Position numbers and translations under genes: made by a program. Below are positions 1-9,321 of a DNA stretch of 37,644 nt, piece after piece. Every line of letters starts with the position of its first letter. Positions within the stretch are counted from its first letter, which is position 1. The notes beneath the pieces are model-generated. The model was given only the letters and a program-made list of their open reading frames with translations, was not told the DNA's origin and ran no database searches. This stretch comes from Pseudomonadota bacterium (lineage in GTDB: Bacteria; Pseudomonadota; Gammaproteobacteria; Burkholderiales; SG8-39): assembly GCA_031408275.1 (NCBI GenBank), contig JANNWA010000627.1:1-37644 (forward strand), read 5' to 3'.

Positions 1-165
1 TACTCGTCGCTCACCCGCATCGGCCGCACTTCGGTGACAGTAAAGGTCGAGGTGTTCGCCGAGAGAATCCGCAATCAGGGCGAGTACGTCAAGGTGACGG
101 AGGCGACGCTGACCTACGTCGCGATCGACCCGGACGGCCAGCCACGCCAGATCCCGAAGAAATGA
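1..165 (+). CDS. Acyl-CoA thioesterase, YciA-like hotdog fold; C-terminal fragment, 5' end outside the window
   Basis: Frame 1 is open from the window edge and translates as YSSLTRIGRTSVTVKVEVFAERIRNQGEYVKVTEATLTYVAIDPDGQPRQIPKK*. This resembles YciA-type thioesterase C-termini. TGA at 163-165. Confidence 0.55.
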   Translation, partial: YSSLTRIGRTSVTVKVEVFAERIRNQGEYVKVTEATLTYVAIDPDGQPRQIPKK

Positions 166-656
166 AATCGCTGGGCAGGAAGGTCGCCACCGGCTTCACG
201 CTGGTGGAGATGGTGGTCGTCCTCGGCATCATCGCGATCCTCGCCATGATGGCGCTGCCGCTGTACATCGAGCGCAACGTCCAGCAGCAGGTGAAGGAAG
301 GCGTGGCATTCGCCGAGTTCATGCAGCGCGGCGTGTCGGCGGCCTATGCGCTGACCGGCGCGCTGCCAAAAGACAACGCGGGCGCGGGACTTCCGCCGCC
401 CGAGAAGGTCATCGGCAACTACGTCGTTTCGGGGTCCGTGACCGACGGCGTGATCACGCTGGTCTTCGGCAACCTCGCGGTCAGCAACATCAGGGGCAAG
501 AAGGTCACGCTCCGCCCGGGCTACGTGCCCGATGCTCCGCAGGTGCCGATCTCGTGGATCTGCGGGATGGGCAAGATCCCCTCCGGCCTGACCATCGCCG
601 GCAACAATGCCACCGACATCCCGGAGCAGTGGCTGCCGGTGGCGTGCCGGCCCTGA
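162..656 (+). CDS. Type IV pilin (type IVa-like major/minor pilin)
   Basis: Prepilin leader and methylation motif MKSLGRKVATG|FTLVEM, with Glu at +5. Hydrophobic N-terminal helix VVVLGIIAILAMMALPLY. C-terminal Cys pair (WIC...VAC) typical of the D-region disulfide. The ATG overlaps the upstream stop as ATGA (162-165). Confidence 0.8.
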   Translation: MKSLGRKVATGFTLVEMVVVLGIIAILAMMALPLYIERNVQQQVKEGVAFAEFMQRGVSAAYALTGALPKDNAGAGLPPPEKVIGNYVVSGSVTDGVITLVFGNLAVSNIRGKKVTLRPGYVPDAPQVPISWICGMGKIPSGLTIAGNNATDIPEQWLPVACRP

Positions 657-660
657 ACGC

Positions 661-1458
661 CTAGCGCCCTTTGAACGCGGGCTTGCGCTTCTCCATGAAG
701 GCCGTGCGCCCTTCGACGTAGTCCTCGCTGGCGAAGCACCGGTCCACCACCTGCTTGCACAGCGCCATGTCCCGCACGGCGGCATCCTTCACCGCCTCGC
801 CGACCAGCGTCTTGATCGAACCGACGGTGAGTGGTGCATTGGCAGCGATGCCGGCGGCCGTATCGCGCACATAGGCCTCCAGTTCCGCCTCCGGCACGAC
901 CCGGTTGACGAGGCCCATCGTGAGCGCCTCCGCCGTGCTGAACTGGCGCGCGGTGTAGAAGATCTCCTTGGCGAAGGCCGGACCCACCAGGTCCACCAAC
1001 CGCTTCACGCCGTCGAACTCGTAGCCGAGGCCGAGCTTTGCGGCCGGCACGCCGAACTTCGAACCTTCCGCTGCGATGCGCAGGTCGCAGCCCAGTGCCA
1101 CGGCCACACCGCCGCCGATGCAGAAGCCGCGGATCATCGCGATCGTCGGCTTGCCCGCACCGCGCAGTTCCTTCTGTGCATTGGCCGAAACCTTGTGGTA
1201 CGCCTCGGTCGTCTCGGGCGACGAGCGCTTCTCCTCGAACTCCGAGATGTCGGCGCCCGACACGAAGGCCTTGTCGCCCGCGCCCTTCAGCACGATCACG
1301 CGGATCGCAGGGTCCGCGGCATAGTCGCGCATGATGTCCGACAGCCCCTCCCACATCGCCATCGAGACCGCGTTGCGCCGGGCAGGATTGTTGAACGTGA
1401 CCCAGCCGATCGCCCCGTCCTTCTCGGCGATCATCTTTTCGGTCCTGGAAATCGTCAT
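661..1458 (-). CDS. Enoyl-CoA hydratase/isomerase (crotonase family)
   Basis: 265 aa. Crotonase motifs KAFVSGADI and IRGFCIGGG; the C-terminus EGRTAFMEKRKPAFKGR is typical of the family. Confidence 0.85.
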   Translation of the reverse strand: MTISRTEKMIAEKDGAIGWVTFNNPARRNAVSMAMWEGLSDIMRDYAADPAIRVIVLKGAGDKAFVSGADISEFEEKRSSPETTEAYHKVSANAQKELRGAGKPTIAMIRGFCIGGGVAVALGCDLRIAAEGSKFGVPAAKLGLGYEFDGVKRLVDLVGPAFAKEIFYTARQFSTAEALTMGLVNRVVPEAELEAYVRDTAAGIAANAPLTVGSIKTLVGEAVKDAAVRDMALCKQVVDRCFASEDYVEGRTAFMEKRKPAFKGR

Positions 1459-1526
1459 CTGCTGCTCCTCGGCTGGGTCTAAATAAGTTGAAGTTTAAAC
1501 TAAAATACTCTAATCTGGGTGCGGTG

Positions 1527-1558
1527 AACGTGTTAGTCACGTTGTGCGGTTACACAAC
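1527..1558. promoter_or_regulatory. Two overlapping operator-like inverted repeats in a divergent promoter region
   Basis: AACGTG-N5-CACGTT (1527-1543) overlaps GTTGTG-N6-CACAAC (1541-1558). They lie 20 bp upstream of the HTH gene start and next to an AT-rich island (about 1470-1520). Confidence 0.35.
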
Positions 1559-1578
1559 ACTTCCTGAAGGAATCTCAC

Positions 1579-1824
1579 ATGGCCCTGGCACCCGCAAGCA
1601 AGGACCTGCGCGAAACCCTGCGCGCCCGCATGCTCAAGCGTATCGAAGAACTCCAGCTTGCGCCCAAGGAGGCTGCCGAGGCCATGGGATTCGACCGCCA
1701 GCAGATGTGGCGCTTCAGGGCCGGGGAGGATGTGTACACGTTCGACCGGCTGGTTGAGGCGGCTGTAGGGCTGGGGTTGGAGGTGAGGGTGAAGGCGGTG
1801 AGGCCTTGGGGCGCAGAAGACTAG
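1579..1824 (+). CDS. Small XRE/HTH_37-like DNA-binding protein (antitoxin-like, orphan)
   Basis: 81 aa. Pattern L..I....L...EAAEAMGF.RQQMWRFRAGE....FDRLVEAAVGLGLEVRVKAV resembles HigA/HTH_37-type regulators. SD-like AAGGA lies 7 nt upstream. Confidence 0.6.
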   Translation: MALAPASKDLRETLRARMLKRIEELQLAPKEAAEAMGFDRQQMWRFRAGEDVYTFDRLVEAAVGLGLEVRVKAVRPWGAED

Positions 1825-2015
1825 ACTGATATCATTGCATCAAGCCAGCGTCCAGCCTGCCAGGATCCGGCGAGGCTCCGCTAGATAAATTCCTCGAAGA
1901 TTCGAGAACCGGTAGTCCGGCCTGTAGTGCCCTCAGGGTCGAGAGAGAGCGCGCGATTCGGCCGTTCCTATTGCGGAATGGATGGATCAGCACCAGTGCC
2001 ACATGAGCCTCACCC

Positions 2016-2657
2016 TCATCCCGCCAGCACCGGGAACAACCCCTTCATCCCCTCCGCCATGGTCTGGATCGCAATCGCCGCGAGCAGGAGCCCCAGCAGG
2101 CGCGTGGCAATGTTCAATCCCGTCTGCCCGATCCGCGTCGCGATCCCGTGCGCGACCCGCAGCATGACCCACAGCAGCACGCACACGAGGACGATGCACG
2201 CCACGATCGCGACCCGGTGTCCGAGCCCGCCGGCCTCCGCCGCGATGATGGTGGTGCTGATCGCGCCCGGCCCGGCCAGCAGCGGGATCGCCAGCGGCAC
2301 CACTCCGGAGAGTTGCCCCTGTTCCAGTTCCGCGGCTTCGGCCTCGGACTGCCGCACACCACCGGCCTGCGCATTCAGCATGGCGAGCGCCATCAGCAGC
2401 AGCACCAATCCGCCGCCTACGCGGAACGCGGGCAGGCTCGCCCCCATCAGCGACAGCATTTGCTCGCCGACGACGGCGCTGACAACCAGCACCGCGAGCA
2501 CCGTCAACGTGACCACCCGGGACAGCGCCCGGCGATAGTCCTGGCTGCGCGCGGCAGTGACGCTGACGTAGATCGGCACCGCCAGGAACGGGTCGAGCAC
2601 CGCCAGCAGGGTGACAGTGAACCGGACGTAGTCGCGCAGTTCGGCAAGCTCGTTCAT
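2016..2657 (-). CDS. MarC family (UPF0056/NAAT) integral membrane protein
   Basis: 213 aa, multi-TM. N-terminus FTVTLLAVLDPFLAVPIYVS and overall layout are typical of the MarC family. Confidence 0.75.
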   Translation of the reverse strand: MNELAELRDYVRFTVTLLAVLDPFLAVPIYVSVTAARSQDYRRALSRVVTLTVLAVLVVSAVVGEQMLSLMGASLPAFRVGGGLVLLLMALAMLNAQAGGVRQSEAEAAELEQGQLSGVVPLAIPLLAGPGAISTTIIAAEAGGLGHRVAIVACIVLVCVLLWVMLRVAHGIATRIGQTGLNIATRLLGLLLAAIAIQTMAEGMKGLFPVLAG

Positions 2658-2720
2658 GTATGCATTCTGGCACAGGCATTGCGTGCGGTTTACACTCGGA
2701 AAAACACAGAGGGAACCATC

Positions 2721-3683
2721 ATGAACTTCATACGCACACTCGCCGCAGCCGCGCTTGCCGCCTGCGCGCTCGCAGCCACCGCCCAGCCGTACCCGAACAA
2801 GCCGATCAAGATCATCATCGGCTTCCCGCCCGGCTCGGGCGGCGAAACGCAGGTGCGGCTCGTCGGCCAGAAACTCACCGAGGCCTGGGGCCAGCCCATC
2901 GTCGTCGACGCGCGCCCGGGCGCAAGCGGCAACATCGCCGCCGAACTGCTGGTGAAGTCACCGGCCGACGGCTACACACTGCTGTACTTCCCGGCGGCGC
3001 TGGCGATCAACCCGAGCCTGTTCCCGAAGGTGCCCTACGACCTCGCGAAGGACTTCACCCCGGTCGCGCTGCTCGGCACTTTCCCGCTCGTGCTGGTGGA
3101 GAACCCCGGGGTGCCGGCGAAGAACGTGGCCGAACTGATTGCGCTCGCGAAAGCCAAACCCGGCTCGATCAACTACGCCTCGATCGGCAACGCCAGCCCG
3201 CCGCACCTCGCGGGCGAGCTCTTCAACCAGTTGGCGGGCGTGCAGATGGTGCACGTGCCTTACAAGGGCTCGGCGCCCGCGCAGACCGACCTGATCGGCG
3301 GCCAGGTGCAGGTGATGTTCGACACCGCGGTGTCCGCGATCCCGCACGTGAAGGCGGGCCGCACGCGAGCACTGGCGGTGACCACCAAGAATCGCTCGCG
3401 CCTGCTGCCCGACCTGCCGTCGCTGGACGAATCCGGCCTGAAGGGCTACGACCTGTACGGCTGGGGCGGGATCGTCGGGCCGGCCGGCATGCCGGCGGAC
3501 ATCACGGCCAGGCTGAATGCCGAGATCGTGAAGGCGCTGCGCCAGCCGGACGTGGCCGACAAGCTCATGGCGCTGGGCTCGGAGCCCGGCGGGATGACCT
3601 CGCCCGAATTCGGCCGCTTCATCCAGGACGAGGCGGCGAAGTGGAAGAAACTCGTCGTTTCTACCGGCGCAAAGTTAGATTAG
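2721..3683 (+). CDS. Bug family / TctC tripartite tricarboxylate transporter substrate-binding protein
   Basis: The internal ATG at 2721 follows GAGGGA. Signal peptide MNFIRTLAAAALAACALAATAQ, then YPNKPIKIIIGFPPGSGGE and the PYKGSAPA motif characteristic of Bug proteins. The ORF-track extension back to 2148 is antisense to the MarC gene and is an artefact. Confidence 0.85.
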   Translation: MNFIRTLAAAALAACALAATAQPYPNKPIKIIIGFPPGSGGETQVRLVGQKLTEAWGQPIVVDARPGASGNIAAELLVKSPADGYTLLYFPAALAINPSLFPKVPYDLAKDFTPVALLGTFPLVLVENPGVPAKNVAELIALAKAKPGSINYASIGNASPPHLAGELFNQLAGVQMVHVPYKGSAPAQTDLIGGQVQVMFDTAVSAIPHVKAGRTRALAVTTKNRSRLLPDLPSLDESGLKGYDLYGWGGIVGPAGMPADITARLNAEIVKALRQPDVADKLMALGSEPGGMTSPEFGRFIQDEAAKWKKLVVSTGAKLD

Positions 3684-4520
3684 GAATTCGCTGAGGTCTT
3701 CCGCGAACTCGAACGGCCCGGCGTAATCGCGCGCAATGTCGGCGCGCATCTCCTCTATCAGCTTGGGCGTAGTCTCGCGGAAATGCGTGAGCACGAGCCG
3801 CTTCACGCCGGCGCGCGCGGCGATCTTGCCAGCCGTATCGGAACACGCGAGCGTGTATTTCCCCACGCCCTTGAAGTGCTCGCTCTGCATCTCGGATGAA
3901 GCCATATAGCAGCACTGCAGGTGCAGGTCGGAGCCCCGTGCAATCTCCACCAACGGATCGCACATGACTGCGTCGCCGCTGAAGGTGAACACTTTGCCTT
4001 CGGCTTCCACACGGTACGCGAGGCAGACCCAGCGCTGCTTGAACAACGGCCCGAAAGGCAGGCCGTGGCCGTGCTCCATCTCGGCGCAACTGACCTTGTA
4101 CGTACCGGCATCGACGACCGCACCCGCCCGCACCTCCGTGACCTCGGCGCCGATGAACGGCCCGAACGCAGTCTCGCCCTGGGTGCGGAAGCCGATGTCG
4201 AGCTCGTAGACCGACTTGATGAGGACGTCGACGATCCCCGCGATGCCCGGCGGGCCGTACACGCGCAGCGGCTTCCTGCGCCCCGCGAGCCAGCTCGTGA
4301 TGAGGTAGTTCGCCAGCTCGCCGATGTGGTCGACGTGCAGGTGCGAAACGAACAGGGGCCCGATGCCGGCCATCGGGAACCCTTTTTGCGCCACGTGCTG
4401 GATCGCGCCGCGGCCGATGTCGAACATCAACCGCTCAGGCCCGATCTCGAGCACATGGCAGGCGGAGGTACGCGCTGGATCGGGCCGGGGCCCGCCGGTG
4501 CCAAGGGTATGTAGCTTCAA
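3675..4520 (-). CDS. MBL-fold metallo-hydrolase (RNase Z/arylsulfatase-like subgroup)
   Basis: 281 aa. N-terminus MKLHTLGTGG and HxHxDH motif HLHVDHIGE. The TTG start overlaps the GST stop (TTGA, 4517-4520). Confidence 0.75.
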   Translation of the reverse strand: MKLHTLGTGGPRPDPARTSACHVLEIGPERLMFDIGRGAIQHVAQKGFPMAGIGPLFVSHLHVDHIGELANYLITSWLAGRRKPLRVYGPPGIAGIVDVLIKSVYELDIGFRTQGETAFGPFIGAEVTEVRAGAVVDAGTYKVSCAEMEHGHGLPFGPLFKQRWVCLAYRVEAEGKVFTFSGDAVMCDPLVEIARGSDLHLQCCYMASSEMQSEHFKGVGKYTLACSDTAGKIAARAGVKRLVLTHFRETTPKLIEEMRADIARDYAGPFEFAEDLSEFLI

Positions 4521-5185
4521 CCCGCTTTTTTCGCCGCCGCCGCAGCCGCCGCCGCTTCCGAGGCCGCCTTGCGATCGGCATTGACCTTCGCGAAATGCGG
4601 CCGCTCGCCGAGCATCTTCAGGTAGGGCCTCACCTGCGGCAGGCCCTCCAGGGCGTCCTTGCCGTACGCGAGCTTGGTCGCCATCGAGATCAGCGGCAGG
4701 TTCACGAACGCGGAGCAGTCGGCCAGGGTGAGCTCCTTCCCGGCGACATACGGGTCGAACTTCGCCAGCTTCGCAAACGCGCGGACGCCCTTGGCGAGGT
4801 CGCGCTCGACTTCCTTCTTCGTCTCTTCAGAGACCGTGCCGCCGAAGAACACCCCGCCGTACAGCCGGCGGGCGACGAGCTCCATGTGCAGTTCCATCAC
4901 CGTGATCAGTTCCCGGACCTTGGCCTTCGCGAGCGGGTCCTTGGGATACAACGGCACCTGCGGATAGGCGTCCTCGATGTAATCGCAGATCACCTGCGAT
5001 TCGGCCAGCGACCCGCCGTCCACCTCGACGATCGGCACCTTGCCCACCGGCGAGCGGGCCAGCCACTCGTCCTTCTGCGACGGGCGGCAGTTGGAATCCT
5101 CCTCGAACGCGACGCCCTTCTCGAGCAGTGCGAGGCGCACCTTGTTGTGGTAGTTGCTGATGTGGAAACCGCACAGCTTGAGCAT
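4517..5185 (-). CDS. Glutathione S-transferase
   Basis: 222 aa. The N-terminal thioredoxin-like domain (MLKLCGFHISNYHNKVRLALLEKG...VGKVPIVEVDG..LAESQVICDYIED) and helical C-domain are typical of GSTs. Ala-rich tail. Confidence 0.85.
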   Translation of the reverse strand: MLKLCGFHISNYHNKVRLALLEKGVAFEEDSNCRPSQKDEWLARSPVGKVPIVEVDGGSLAESQVICDYIEDAYPQVPLYPKDPLAKAKVRELITVMELHMELVARRLYGGVFFGGTVSEETKKEVERDLAKGVRAFAKLAKFDPYVAGKELTLADCSAFVNLPLISMATKLAYGKDALEGLPQVRPYLKMLGERPHFAKVNADRKAASEAAAAAAAAKKAG

Positions 5186-5200
5186 GGGACCTCCTCCCGG

Positions 5201-5223
5201 GTTGACATGGCATTATAGTCAAC
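5201..5223. promoter_or_regulatory. Operator-like palindrome with embedded promoter hexamers (GST/MBL versus kynAU divergent region)
   Basis: GTTGAC-N11-GTCAAC. It contains TTGACA on the + strand (5202-5207) and a perfect TATAAT on the - strand (5217-5212), about 27 nt upstream of the GST ATG. Confidence 0.3.
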
Positions 5224-5254
5224 ACCCCGCAGGTACAGACCCAAGGAGAGCGCC

Positions 5255-6103
5255 ATGGCCTCGAGCCCCACTGCCGCGGACGCCGGCATGATCACCGACC
5301 TCGCGCCGGAGACGTCCTACGGCGGGTACCTGCGCCTCGACCTCGTCCTCGCCGCCCAACAGCCGCGCTCGGTGCCGCCGCACCACGACGAGATGATGTT
5401 CATCATCCAGCACCAGACATCCGAGCTGTGGATGAAGCTGATGCTACACGAGCTCACCGCCGCGATCGGCCACGTGCAGGCCGACCGCCTGGAGGCCTCG
5501 TTCAAGATTCTTGCGCGCGTGAAGCAGGTGCAGCGGCAGCTTTTCGAGCAGTGGTCGGTGCTCGAGACCCTCACGCCCGCGGAGTACGTGGAGTTTCGCG
5601 ATGCGCTGGGACCGGCGTCGGGGCTGCAGTCCTACCAGTTCCGCGCGATCGAGTTCCTGCTCGGCAACAAGAAGCCGAACCTGCTGGAGGTCCACCGCCA
5701 CGACGCGAAGGTGCACGCCGAACTCACGCGACTGCTCGGCTCCCCAAGCCTGTATGACGAGTTCCTGCGCCACCTCGCCCGGCGCGGGCTGCCGGTACCG
5801 CCGCAGAATACCGATCGCGACTGGTCGCAGCCGTATGCGCGGCATGACGCCGTGGTCGCCGTATTCAAGACCATCTACGAGAACCGCGACAAGCACTGGG
5901 ACGCCTACGAGATGTGCGAAAAACTCGTCGATGTGGAGGAAAACTTCCAGCTCTGGCGCTTCCGCCACGTGAAGACCGTGGAACGCGTGATCGGCTTCAA
6001 GCGCGGCACCGGCGGCACTGCGGGCGTGGCGTTCCTCAGGAAGACACTCGAGACGGCGCTGTTCCCCGAGCTGCTCGAAGTGCGCACCGAGATCGGCGCA
6101 TGA
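5255..6103 (+). CDS. kynA: Tryptophan 2,3-dioxygenase
   Basis: 282 aa. [27 protein letters not shown] and GTGGTAG.AFL motifs are typical of bacterial TDO. SD AAGGAG lies upstream. Confidence 0.9.
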   Translation: MASSPTAADAGMITDLAPETSYGGYLRLDLVLAAQQPRSVPPHHDEMMFIIQHQTSELWMKLMLHELTAAIGHVQADRLEASFKILARVKQVQRQLFEQWSVLETLTPAEYVEFRDALGPASGLQSYQFRAIEFLLGNKKPNLLEVHRHDAKVHAELTRLLGSPSLYDEFLRHLARRGLPVPPQNTDRDWSQPYARHDAVVAVFKTIYENRDKHWDAYEMCEKLVDVEENFQLWRFRHVKTVERVIGFKRGTGGTAGVAFLRKTLETALFPELLEVRTEIGA

Positions 6104-7284
6104 AGATCGAAGGGCCGCTCACCGAGGAGAACCTGCGCGCCGAGGCCTGGCCGCTGTTCTCGCGCGTGCTGGAGCGCTCGAAGAGGCACATCTACCTCGC
6201 CAATCACTCGCTCGGCCGGCCGCCGGACCGTGCCGCGGCCGACATCGCCGAAGGCGTGGCGGCGTGGTACCGGGACATGAACGACGCCTGGGGCCCGTGG
6301 ATGGAAGCGCGCGACCGCTTTCGCGAATTGACGGCGCAACTCCTGAACGCCCCCCAGCCCGACTGCATCGTGCCCAAGACCGCCGCGGGCCAGGGCCTGC
6401 GCGCCGTCCTGAACGCCCTCCCCGGCAAGCCGCGTGTGGTGGCCACCGAAGGCGAGTTCGACTCGCTCGATTTCATCCTGCGGGTCTACCGAGACAAGGG
6501 GCGCATCGACCTCGAGCTCGTCCCGCCGCGCGAAGACGGCCGCTTCCACGCCGCAGACATCGCCCGCGCCGTCACGCCGGGCACCGCCCTGCTGGTCGTA
6601 TCGAGCGTGATGTTCCGTACCGGGCAGGTGCTCGGCGACCTCGCGGGACTCGTGCTGGCCGCACATGCGGCCGGCGCGAAGGCGCTTGTCGACGTCTATC
6701 ACGGCGCGGGCGTTATCCCTACGGATGTGCAGGCGCTGGACGCGGACTTCGCGGTCGGCGGCTCGTACAAGTACCTGCGCGGCGGGCCGGGGGCGTGCTG
6801 GCTGTACGTACGGCCCGACCACCTCGACACGCTGCGTACGCTGGACACCGGGTGGTTCGCGAAGAAGGACGTGTTCTCCTACCAGCGGCCCGAGCCGCCC
6901 GCATTCGCGCCGGGCGGCGAAGGCTGGAACGAGTCGACCCCGCCGGTGTTCGCGCCGTACCAGGCGCTGGCGGGGCTCGAGTTCACGCTGGCGATCGGCG
7001 TGGAGCGGCTGCGCGCCTACTCGCTGCGCCAGCAGGCGCGCCTGAAGGACCTGCTGCGGTCGCAGGGCTTCGAGGCCGTAGGGGCCAGCGAGGACCGCGG
7101 CGCCTTCCTCACGCTGCGCCATACCCGGGCGGGCGAACTTGCCGCCGCGCTCGACGCGCAGGGCGTGCATGTCGATGCAAGGGGCGAGTACCTGCGCCTG
7201 TGCCCGGACATCCTCAACCCGGACACCGAACTGGTCGCCGTGGCGGAACGCTTCGGCGGTGCGATGAAGGCCCTGCCCGGCTGA
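6100..7284 (+). CDS. kynU: Kynureninase-like PLP-dependent enzyme (aminotransferase class V fold)
   Basis: The ATG at 6100 overlaps the kynA stop (ATGA). [10 protein letters not shown] near the N-terminus and [16 protein letters not shown] resemble the kynureninase PLP-Lys region (recalled as YKYLNGGPG). At 394 aa it is slightly shorter than classical KynU. Confidence 0.7.
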   Translation: MKIEGPLTEENLRAEAWPLFSRVLERSKRHIYLANHSLGRPPDRAAADIAEGVAAWYRDMNDAWGPWMEARDRFRELTAQLLNAPQPDCIVPKTAAGQGLRAVLNALPGKPRVVATEGEFDSLDFILRVYRDKGRIDLELVPPREDGRFHAADIARAVTPGTALLVVSSVMFRTGQVLGDLAGLVLAAHAAGAKALVDVYHGAGVIPTDVQALDADFAVGGSYKYLRGGPGACWLYVRPDHLDTLRTLDTGWFAKKDVFSYQRPEPPAFAPGGEGWNESTPPVFAPYQALAGLEFTLAIGVERLRAYSLRQQARLKDLLRSQGFEAVGASEDRGAFLTLRHTRAGELAAALDAQGVHVDARGEYLRLCPDILNPDTELVAVAERFGGAMKALPG

Positions 7285-7306
7285 GTCCCGCCGGGCGGCT
7301 CAGCCG
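7278..7306. terminator. GC-rich hairpin between convergent kynU and SDR genes (possible bidirectional terminator)
   Basis: CGGCTGAG (7278-7285) pairs with CTCAGCCG (7299-7306), with a 13-nt loop. Both stop codons sit inside the stem arms. No U-tract. Confidence 0.35.
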
Positions 7307-8067
7307 CCTTCCTGGTGCTTCAGGTAGAGCTTCTGCATGCCGCCGAGCCAGCGGTCGTAGTTGGCGGTTTTCGCGCGCATGTAATCGAGCACGGTTGCGT
7401 GCGGCAGGATGAGGAAAGTCTCCGCTTCCATCACCTTCACGATTTCGTCGGCCACCTGCTCCGCGCTCAGCGCTCCGTCCACACCGGCCGAGCCACCCAG
7501 CCCCGTGTACATCCCGGTCATGACCGCCTGTGGGCAGAGGCACGAGACATGCACGCCCTTGCGGCCGTAGGCGATGGCCATCCATTCGGCGAAGGCCACC
7601 GCGCCGTGCTTGGTCACGCCGTAGGAAGCCGACTCGACGATGTTGAGCAGGCCCGCAGCCGACGCGGTGACGAGGAAGTACCCCTCGCCGCGCGCCGCCA
7701 TCTTGTCGGCCACCGCGCGCGCCGCCCAAACGTGCGCCATGCAGTGGATCTTCCAGTTCTTCTCCCAGATCTCGTCGGGAGTCTCGATGCCACCGCGCAT
7801 CACGACGCCCGCGTTGGAGAAATACACGTCGACGCGGCCGTACCTGGCCTCGGCTGAAGCGACCAGCGCCTGGATGTCTTCCTCCCGGCTGACGTCGCAG
7901 CGCACCGCGTGCCCGCCGATCTCGGTCGCGACCGCCTGCGCGCCCTCGAGGTTGAGGTCGGCCGCGACGACGCCGGCTGCCCCGCCCGCCGCAAAACGGC
8001 GCGCGGTGGCGCGGCCGATGCCGCTGGCCGCGCCGGTGACGACCGCTACCTTGCCGCGGATATCCAC
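7300..8067 (-). CDS. SDR family oxidoreductase (LvaD-like position)
   Basis: 255 aa, GTG start. Cofactor motif VTGAASGIG, NAG, and catalytic YGVTK. Confidence 0.8.
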   Translation of the reverse strand: MDIRGKVAVVTGAASGIGRATARRFAAGGAAGVVAADLNLEGAQAVATEIGGHAVRCDVSREEDIQALVASAEARYGRVDVYFSNAGVVMRGGIETPDEIWEKNWKIHCMAHVWAARAVADKMAARGEGYFLVTASAAGLLNIVESASYGVTKHGAVAFAEWMAIAYGRKGVHVSCLCPQAVMTGMYTGLGGSAGVDGALSAEQVADEIVKVMEAETFLILPHATVLDYMRAKTANYDRWLGGMQKLYLKHQEGG

Positions 8068-8070
8068 GGC

Positions 8071-9312
8071 TTAGTGCTTCTTGCTGGCGAGCGCCTCGCC
8101 GATCGAGGTGTGGTTGGCGATCTCCTGCTTGGCGATCGCGTTGCGGTGCACTTCGTCCGGGCCGTCCGCGAAGCGCAGCGTGCGCGCGTGCGCGTAGGCG
8201 TTGGCGAGGCCATAGTCGTCCGATACGCCGCCACCGCCGTGCACCTGCATGGCCCAGTCGATCACCTGGCATGCCATGGTCGGCGCGAGCACCTTGATCA
8301 TCGCGATCTCCTGCTTGGCGACCTTGTTGCCGGCCACGTCCATTTTCCAGGCCGCGTGCAGCACCATGAACCGGGTCGAGTCGATCATGATGCGCGACTC
8401 CGCGATCCGCTCCCGCGTCACGCCCTGCTCGGCCACCGTGCGGCCGAACGCCACGCGCGAACTGGCGCGCTTGCACATCTTCTCCAGCGCCCTCTCGGCC
8501 TGGCCGATGAGGCGCATGCAGTGGTGGATGCGGCCGGGCCCGAGGCGCCCCTGCGCGATCTCGAAGCCGCGCCCCTCGCCCAGCAGAATGTTCGAGGCCG
8601 GGACCTTGACGTCCTTGAGCTCGATCTCCATGTGGCCGTGCGGCGCGTCGTCGTAGCCGAACACCGGCAGGTGGCGCAGGATCTTGACGCCCGGGGTGCC
8701 CGCGGGCACCAGGACCATCGATTGCTGGCTGTGGCGCGAGGCGTTGTCCGGGTCGGTCTTGCCCATCAGGATGTAGATCTTGCAGCGAGGGTCGCCTGCG
8801 CCCGACGACCACCACTTGGTACCGTTGATGACGTAGTTGTCGCCCTCTTTCTTGATGCGGCACTGGATGTTGGTCGCATCCGAACTGGCCACGGCCGGCT
8901 CGGTCATGAGGAAGGCCGAGCGAATCTCGCCGCGCAGGAGCGGGTCGAGCCACTGGCGTTTGTGGTCTTCCGTTCCGTAGCGCTCGATGGTCTCCATGTT
9001 GCCGGTGTCCGGCGCCGAGCAGTTGAACACCTCGCCTGCCCAGGTCACGCGGCCCATGATCTCGCACAGCGGCGCGTATTCCAGGTTCGACAGGCCCTCG
9101 GGCACGCGCTTGGAGTGCGGCAGGAACAGGTTCCACAGGCCCGCGGCGCGCGCCTTGGGCTTCAATTCCTCGATGATCGGCACCGGCTCCCAGCGCTTGT
9201 CGCCGCGCACATGGGCGTAGTACTTGTCCTCGTTCGGGTAGATGTGCTCGTCCATGAACGCGATAAGCCGCTTACGGAGGTCCTTCACTTTCGGTGAATA
9301 TTCGAAGTCCAT
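8071..9312 (-). CDS. Acyl-CoA dehydrogenase, ACAD10/ACAD11/FadE2-like subgroup
   Basis: 413 aa. N-terminus [27 protein letters not shown] and [16 protein letters not shown]...[17 protein letters not shown] are typical of the ACAD10/11-type dehydrogenase domain. AGGAGA SD lies upstream. Confidence 0.9.
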   Translation of the reverse strand: MDFEYSPKVKDLRKRLIAFMDEHIYPNEDKYYAHVRGDKRWEPVPIIEELKPKARAAGLWNLFLPHSKRVPEGLSNLEYAPLCEIMGRVTWAGEVFNCSAPDTGNMETIERYGTEDHKRQWLDPLLRGEIRSAFLMTEPAVASSDATNIQCRIKKEGDNYVINGTKWWSSGAGDPRCKIYILMGKTDPDNASRHSQQSMVLVPAGTPGVKILRHLPVFGYDDAPHGHMEIELKDVKVPASNILLGEGRGFEIAQGRLGPGRIHHCMRLIGQAERALEKMCKRASSRVAFGRTVAEQGVTRERIAESRIMIDSTRFMVLHAAWKMDVAGNKVAKQEIAMIKVLAPTMACQVIDWAMQVHGGGGVSDDYGLANAYAHARTLRFADGPDEVHRNAIAKQEIANHTSIGEALASKKH

Positions 9313-9321
9313 GTCTGTCTC

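Noticed and set aside
1488-1757. 89-aa plus-strand ORF as a possible toxin partner for the HTH gene
   Set aside because: It overlaps the HTH gene in another frame, starts in the AT-rich promoter island, has no SD, and has a Gly/Arg/Pro-rich tail. There is no RelE/HigB-like motif, so I did not call a TA pair.
5202-5219. TTGACA ... TATAGT read as a single plus-strand sigma70 promoter for kynA
   Set aside because: The hexamers are only 6 bp apart, whereas about 17 bp is needed. I kept them only as part of a palindrome/operator, together with the minus-strand TATAAT.
5905-7170. 421-aa minus-strand ORF, plus the 6264-7412 plus-strand ORF
   Set aside because: Both overlap kynU in other frames or on the other strand. 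Their Arg/Pro-rich translations have no motifs.
7214-9136. 640-aa ORF on the minus strand spanning the SDR and ACAD genes
   Set aside because: The translation is Arg/Gly/Pro/Ala-rich with no motifs. It is an alternative frame of two genes that have clear family signatures, which is a typical high-GC shadow ORF.
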